Source: a virus (lineage: Duplodnaviria > Caudoviricetes). From it: a DNA stretch of 38,385 bases. Below the pieces are notes generated by a model. The model had not been told where the DNA came from, did not search any database, and saw only the letters and a program-made list of their open reading frames with translations. Positions within the stretch are counted from its first letter, which is position 1, and the number at the start of each line of letters is the position of its first letter. A program made the position numbers and the translations under genes. Shown here piece by piece: positions 34,372-38,385 of the stretch. Where the stretch lies: the IMG/VR virus record IMGVR_UViG_3300033434_000395, positions 1 to 38,385 of that record; one strand, given 5' to 3'.

Positions 34372-36018
34372 ATGGGTCGAATTTATATTGGAGAAGCCAA
34401 TGCGAATAGCTCTTCGTCAGCGCCGATCATCGAGACGGTCGTAACGGCTGGAGAAGCTATTCAAAACGGAGATTTGCTTGTCTTGGCCAAAGACGCCAAG
34501 GTGTATTGGTCTGATGACCCAAGTACTGGTCGTGCCGCACGAGCACTGCGACCGTTCAATGTGCCATCCGTGCTGCGCTCGTCATTAATTGAATCAGTGA
34601 ACACGCTTTCGTCGGCATCAAACGGCACTGCATCGAACGTTGGCATTGGCCACGCACAACTATCAGACGGTAATGTCATCGTAGCGTGGTTCGCCAAAGC
34701 CTCACCATATTCGTTGACGTTCAATATTTACTCCCCGTTCGGTGAGCTTGTTTCTGGGCCAATCATTGTTGGTGATGGGGCAGCGTCTGGACAAGCAGAT
34801 ATTCAAGTTCTGACGCTGACAAATGGGAACATTGCATTTGTTTATCCGACCATGAATGGGGCACGCTTTCGGTTTGCAATTTACACACCGTCAGGAGCCA
34901 AAGTCGTTGCACCAACGGACATTGGGACTTTGTCAACCGAACCGGTGTCATTTAGTGCCGCCACGTTGGCGGGCGGCGGATTTGCCGTTGGCTATTTTGA
35001 TGGTTCTGGGAAGATTTTCCGCTATGCGGTTTACAGTGACAGCGGCAATATAGTCAAGGCTCCGGCAACAGCATTATCTGTCTCAACCGTGTCAAATTAT
35101 GCCCGCAGCACATCAATCATCCCACTAGCAAACGGACAGTTTGTTTTCGTGGCGGGCGCATCAGGAACAGTCTACTTCTACCGTTACGACGCGACTGGAA
35201 CCCTGCTGGGAGCGCAAACCACTGTCGGGGGAGCAGCATCCAGCGGAGCTTTCGTTTACGGTGCCGCTTTAAGCAACGGGGGCTTCGCGATCGGTTGGTA
35301 CGCAAGCGGCGCATATTACATAAGCGTCTGGACGCCATCTGGGGATCAAGTTGGTTCCACGGTGACCATCAGCGCAACCGGCGCGGGGAGCTATCCTGAC
35401 GACATGGCGCTAGTGCCGACTGCCACCGGCAATGTTGCAGTTGCAATCGGTGGCGGCGCCGCCGCTTCACCCAGTGTGGCCGTGTATAGTGGAACCACAG
35501 GAGCTGCAGTATCGGGCATTCTTGCCAGCGCAGCGCCTGTGGCATCTGGCGGCGTTACGATTGGTGCTCTTTCTAACGGAGACATTCTTGTGACCTCCGT
35601 TGGAACATCCGGCAAGTTGTACCAGATGGATGGGGCATGCAACCTGTTGGCAACAACAACAATCACTCAACTTGCTACTGCCGCAAAATCACGACTGCTC
35701 ACATATACAAATTCCTACCGGCCATCTATTCCGCTGTTTAGTCTCGCCACCAACGATGGTAGCGGAAACATCCACCAAGGATCATTTATCGGGTACATGC
35801 AACAGTGTTCGCCAATAGGCGTTTCAACCGCAAGTGCCGGCGAGAATGGCGCCGCACCTGTACAGGTCACCGGTGTGGCCACTTTGCGCCAAAGCTTTGG
35901 GTGGCCGTATTCAATCGATGCCAATAGTTCTGCCGTACCTGGCCAACGTATGTGCATCGTCGGCAATCATGCAATTATGCAAGGTTTGCAACCTGACGCA
36001 GCCCGCAATATCAACTAG
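34372..36018 (+). CDS. Putative receptor-binding protein with about 7 propeller-like repeats
   Basis: SD GGAG; repeats LSDGNVIVAW, LTNGNIAFVY, LAGGGFAVGY, LANGQFVFVA, LSNGGFAIGW, TATGNVAVAI, LSNGDILVTS. Confidence 0.7.
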   Translation: MGRIYIGEANANSSSSAPIIETVVTAGEAIQNGDLLVLAKDAKVYWSDDPSTGRAARALRPFNVPSVLRSSLIESVNTLSSASNGTASNVGIGHAQLSDGNVIVAWFAKASPYSLTFNIYSPFGELVSGPIIVGDGAASGQADIQVLTLTNGNIAFVYPTMNGARFRFAIYTPSGAKVVAPTDIGTLSTEPVSFSAATLAGGGFAVGYFDGSGKIFRYAVYSDSGNIVKAPATALSVSTVSNYARSTSIIPLANGQFVFVAGASGTVYFYRYDATGTLLGAQTTVGGAASSGAFVYGAALSNGGFAIGWYASGAYYISVWTPSGDQVGSTVTISATGAGSYPDDMALVPTATGNVAVAIGGGAAASPSVAVYSGTTGAAVSGILASAAPVASGGVTIGALSNGDILVTSVGTSGKLYQMDGACNLLATTTITQLATAAKSRLLTYTNSYRPSIPLFSLATNDGSGNIHQGSFIGYMQQCSPIGVSTASAGENGAAPVQVTGVATLRQSFGWPYSIDANSSAVPGQRMCIVGNHAIMQGLQPDAARNIN

Positions 36019-36030
36019 TGGAGAGGGATT

Positions 36031-36264
36031 ATGGCTACTGGAATACTAGGCGTCTTGGCGTCCGGCGGCTCGCTGACATACACGCCGATGCGGGACGCAA
36101 AACTGAAAGTTAGCGCAACAGGCACATTTACTATCAATAGCGCATCTTTCACCGCGCCGGGAACCGCAAATACCGTTAACAGTGTCGAAGTGTTCATCGG
36201 CGCGAATCAAACCGTAACCGTTAGCTCCGGTGCGGTGACAGTTGTTTCCACATTGGAGGGCTAA
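36031..36264 (+). CDS. Fibre-cassette small beta-rich protein
   Basis: SD GAGAGGG; 77 aa, T/S/V-rich. Confidence 0.7.
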   Translation: MATGILGVLASGGSLTYTPMRDAKLKVSATGTFTINSASFTAPGTANTVNSVEVFIGANQTVTVSSGAVTVVSTLEG

Positions 36265-36267
36265 GCC

Positions 36268-36717
36268 ATGAAAACCCTATTTCTATTGGACGGCAAGGTC
36301 GTGAGCTGGGGCGTTGCACATCAGCCTGGTGTGGAAATTTCATCAACTGAATCCGGTTCGGTAAGACATGATGTCAATGACGATTCACCAATCGACGTCG
36401 GGTGGAACTACACGGTTTCCGACGGAGTGTATGCATTCACCGAACCTGACAACGCATATCCGGTTGTTGGACCGATCGGGTTCCAAATGCTGTTCACGAT
36501 GGACGAAACGGTAGCAGCAACCACTCTACGCGAAACTGACAAAAGGATAGAGGCATTCTGGAAACTCATCGACGACCCACGCACAGACGTGGTTGACTTG
36601 AATCTTGAGACGGTTCAGGGAGCTATTGAGTACACGCTCACTGCAGTGAAATCTGCCGGTGTCGAATTGGATGTCGCAGCGCGCAAAGCCGAAATCCTGA
36701 CAGGAATCGTGAAATGA
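36268..36717 (+). CDS. Putative tail fibre assembly/chaperone-like protein
   Basis: SD GGAGG; IDVGWNY...G...F.EP, FQMLFT..E and RKAEIL motifs; last gene of the fibre cassette. Confidence 0.6.
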   Translation: MKTLFLLDGKVVSWGVAHQPGVEISSTESGSVRHDVNDDSPIDVGWNYTVSDGVYAFTEPDNAYPVVGPIGFQMLFTMDETVAATTLRETDKRIEAFWKLIDDPRTDVVDLNLETVQGAIEYTLTAVKSAGVELDVAARKAEILTGIVK

Positions 36718-36784
36718 AACGATACATCACTAGCAAACAGCGAATCTAGCGTCGCAGAAGACGAAGGAGAAAAATCCTAGAAAA

Positions 36785-36927
36785 GAGAGGAGCGGACACC
36801 GGGTGCGGGAACACCCGATGAACCCGCAGCATGCAGCTGTAACTGCAAGCCTTGGCAAAGACTCCCCTCACCTGTACAGGCAAAGGGAAGTCTATTGGTA
36901 TTTACAAGATACGAAAAGGCTTTGCAT
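36785..36927 (+). ncRNA. Structured cis-regulatory RNA leader of com
   Basis: Hairpins CGGGTG/CACCCG (36800-36817) and TGCAG/CTGCA (36832-36847); competing pairings 36785-92/36862-69 versus 36859-36893; anti-SD pairing 36844-53/36916-26. Confidence 0.6.
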
Positions 36928-37185
36928 ATGTCGCAAACAGAAATCCGCTGTGGTAATTGCAGCAAAAAACTGGCAGTCGGTAGTTATATCGAGCTGCAAA
37001 TCAAATGCCCCAGGTGTGGGGCGCTCAATTGTCTGAAGGCCGCCGAGCCTCCAACCAGTGCGCCTGGAGCGCCTGACACCAAGGAGGCAAACCATGCAGC
37101 AAGACAAGGAAAGGCAGGTAAAAACGCCCGGCCGGAACGGATTCACGTACCGGGAACTGTTCGGAATCATCGTCCTGTGCGATAA
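36928..37185 (+). CDS. com: Com family zinc-finger translational regulator
   Basis: EIRCGNCSKKLA....ELQIKCPRCGALN; located near the right end as in Mu. Confidence 0.92.
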   Translation: MSQTEIRCGNCSKKLAVGSYIELQIKCPRCGALNCLKAAEPPTSAPGAPDTKEANHAARQGKAGKNARPERIHVPGTVRNHRPVR

Positions 37186-37258
37186 CGCCAGGCAACAGGA
37201 ATCGTTCTATAACAAGCTGAAATCGGAGGGCTATCGCGTCAAGGTGGTGGCCGTATGA
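37094..37258 (+). CDS. Small protein between com and ABC-GNAT
   Basis: SD AAGGAGG at 37081; GIIVLCDNARQQESFYNKLKSEGYRVKVV; stop overlaps the next ATG (ATGA). Confidence 0.75.
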   Translation: MQQDKERQVKTPGRNGFTYRELFGIIVLCDNARQQESFYNKLKSEGYRVKVVAV

Positions 37259-38385
37259 AAATCGAAATCCGACACCAATGCGCGGACTTTGACAGCTACC
37301 GCGCCGCTCGTGTGAAATCCCTGTTCAACGTCGATACAGGAGCCAATTTCGCGCTCAATGCCGACCTTCCGATCGAAGATAACGCTTGGCAGATTGGCGT
37401 CATCGTCGGGCCGTCCGGCAGCGGCAAAAGCAGCCTCGGTTCACGACTTGGCCGTTTCTATCAGCCACGCTGGCCAAAGGAAAAGCCGATCATCGACGCC
37501 ATCGGCCAGAATAGCGACTTCAACGCCGCCACGGCCGCACTGGCCGCCGTCGGGCTCGGAAGCGTGCCGGCGTGGCTCAGGCCATACCAGGTGCTTTCTA
37601 ATGGTGAGCGCTTCCGGGCAACGCTGGCCAGACTGGTTTGTGACGCGCCGGCATTCGCTGTCGTCGACGAATTTTCATCTGTCGTCGACCGGCAAATCGC
37701 CCAAGTTGGCGCGGGAGCGTTTGCCAAAGCATGGAAACGCACAGGCGGCCAAGTCGTGCTACTGTCCTGCCACTATGACATTCTCGATTGGCTGGAGCCT
37801 GACTGGATTTTCGACACGGCCACCGGCCACTTTGACCGGAGGCGTCTTCGACGACGCCCAATGTTCGAACTGTCTATCCATCAGACAAACTGGCAATATT
37901 GGCCCCTGTTTGAGCCGCATCACTATCTGAAGGTGCCACACATGATTGCTGCCGGTTGCTATGTTGGCGCAATCGATGGCCAGCCAGTAGCACACGTGGC
38001 ATTCAGCACGCGCCCCGGCCTTGTTGAAGCACGTGCCTGCCGCTTGGTCGTTCTGCCGGAATGGCAGGGAGCCGGCATCGGCATGAGGTTCCTGAACGCG
38101 GTCTGTGACGCTTGGCTGCGTGGCGAGAACCGCTACGGCAGGCAGATGCCTACCCTATTCCATACATCGCATCCGGGGCTGGCCAGCGCACTCCGGCGCG
38201 ATTCTAACTGGACGCAGGTATCAGCCAGGCTGCACGGTGAACATCGCGGCAGAAGCCGTGAATCGGTGGCGCAGAGCGCCATTCGAGCCGGCAAAGAACC
38301 GCTTGGCAACGCAGGCCACGGTGGCCACTTCCGAGCAATTCAGGGGTTCCGGTATTTGGGCAATCCGGCCAATCCCGAACCATAA
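37255..38385 (+). CDS. ABC-type ATPase fused to GNAT acetyltransferase (mom position; putative DNA-modifying enzyme)
   Basis: Walker A GPSGSGKS, signature LSNGERFR, Walker B AVVDEF, switch SCHYD; GNAT motif A RLVVLPEWQGAGIG. Confidence 0.88.
   Translation: MKIEIRHQCADFDSYRAARVKSLFNVDTGANFALNADLPIEDNAWQIGVIVGPSGSGKSSLGSRLGRFYQPRWPKEKPIIDAIGQNSDFNAATAALAAVGLGSVPAWLRPYQVLSNGERFRATLARLVCDAPAFAVVDEFSSVVDRQIAQVGAGAFAKAWKRTGGQVVLLSCHYDILDWLEPDWIFDTATGHFDRRRLRRRPMFELSIHQTNWQYWPLFEPHHYLKVPHMIAAGCYVGAIDGQPVAHVAFSTRPGLVEARACRLVVLPEWQGAGIGMRFLNAVCDAWLRGENRYGRQMPTLFHTSHPGLASALRRDSNWTQVSARLHGEHRGRSRESVAQSAIRAGKEPLGNAGHGGHFRAIQGFRYLGNPANPEP

Larger units (their letters stand above)
323..38385. mobile_element. 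Transposable Mu-like (BcepMu/B3-type) prophage with contractile tail; right end lies beyond the window
   Basis: DDE transposase plus AAA ATPase, gam, gemA, mor, Mu gp25-gp31-like packaging block, protease I, gp36/gp37 and com. Terminal TG at 323 is followed by repeats. Confidence 0.95.

Noticed and set aside
33307-36717. Invertible G-segment or diversity-generating retroelement for host-range switching
   Set aside because: No serine invertase, reverse transcriptase, opposite-strand fibre copy or TR/VR pair seen in the window.
36714-36749. Tiny ORF MKRYITSKQRI coupled to the last fibre gene
   Set aside because: Only 11 codons; may be a remnant but cannot be supported.
37255-38385. Ordinary ABC transporter ATPase
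   Set aside because: No permease nearby; it is fused to a GNAT domain and sits in the mom position.

Overview
Almost the whole window (about 323 to beyond 38385) is one apparently intact transposable (Mu-like, BcepMu/B3-type) prophage. It is inserted into the 5' end of a host cutA gene, and the host is probably a betaproteobacterium (inference). The left arm (466-15737, minus strand) runs from a Ner-like regulator through the DDE transposase, ExeA-type AAA ATPase, gam, gemA and mor, then lysis genes, terminase, portal, gpF and gpG, so the Mu c-to-G block is inverted relative to the tail genes. The central plus-strand block holds the repressor and five accessory genes. The right arm holds protease/scaffold, a lambda-gpE-type capsid, a P2-type contractile tail with a separate PAAR tip, a multi-gene fibre cassette, and com followed by an ABC-ATPase/GNAT fusion where Mu has mom. 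The most notable observations are: (1) a shared G/Q/N-rich short motif on the repressor C-terminus and the N-termini of the two downstream proteins, a candidate amyloid-like homotypic signalling switch; (2) a coupled DUF4747-like plus membrane-protein pair, a candidate anti-phage system; (3) a Com-controlled ABC-GNAT candidate DNA-modification module with a structured leader; (4) four exactly spaced late promoters, three of them leaderless; (5) an HD-fold protein that has lost its HD motif. Family names come from motif recognition and gene order, not from database searches.
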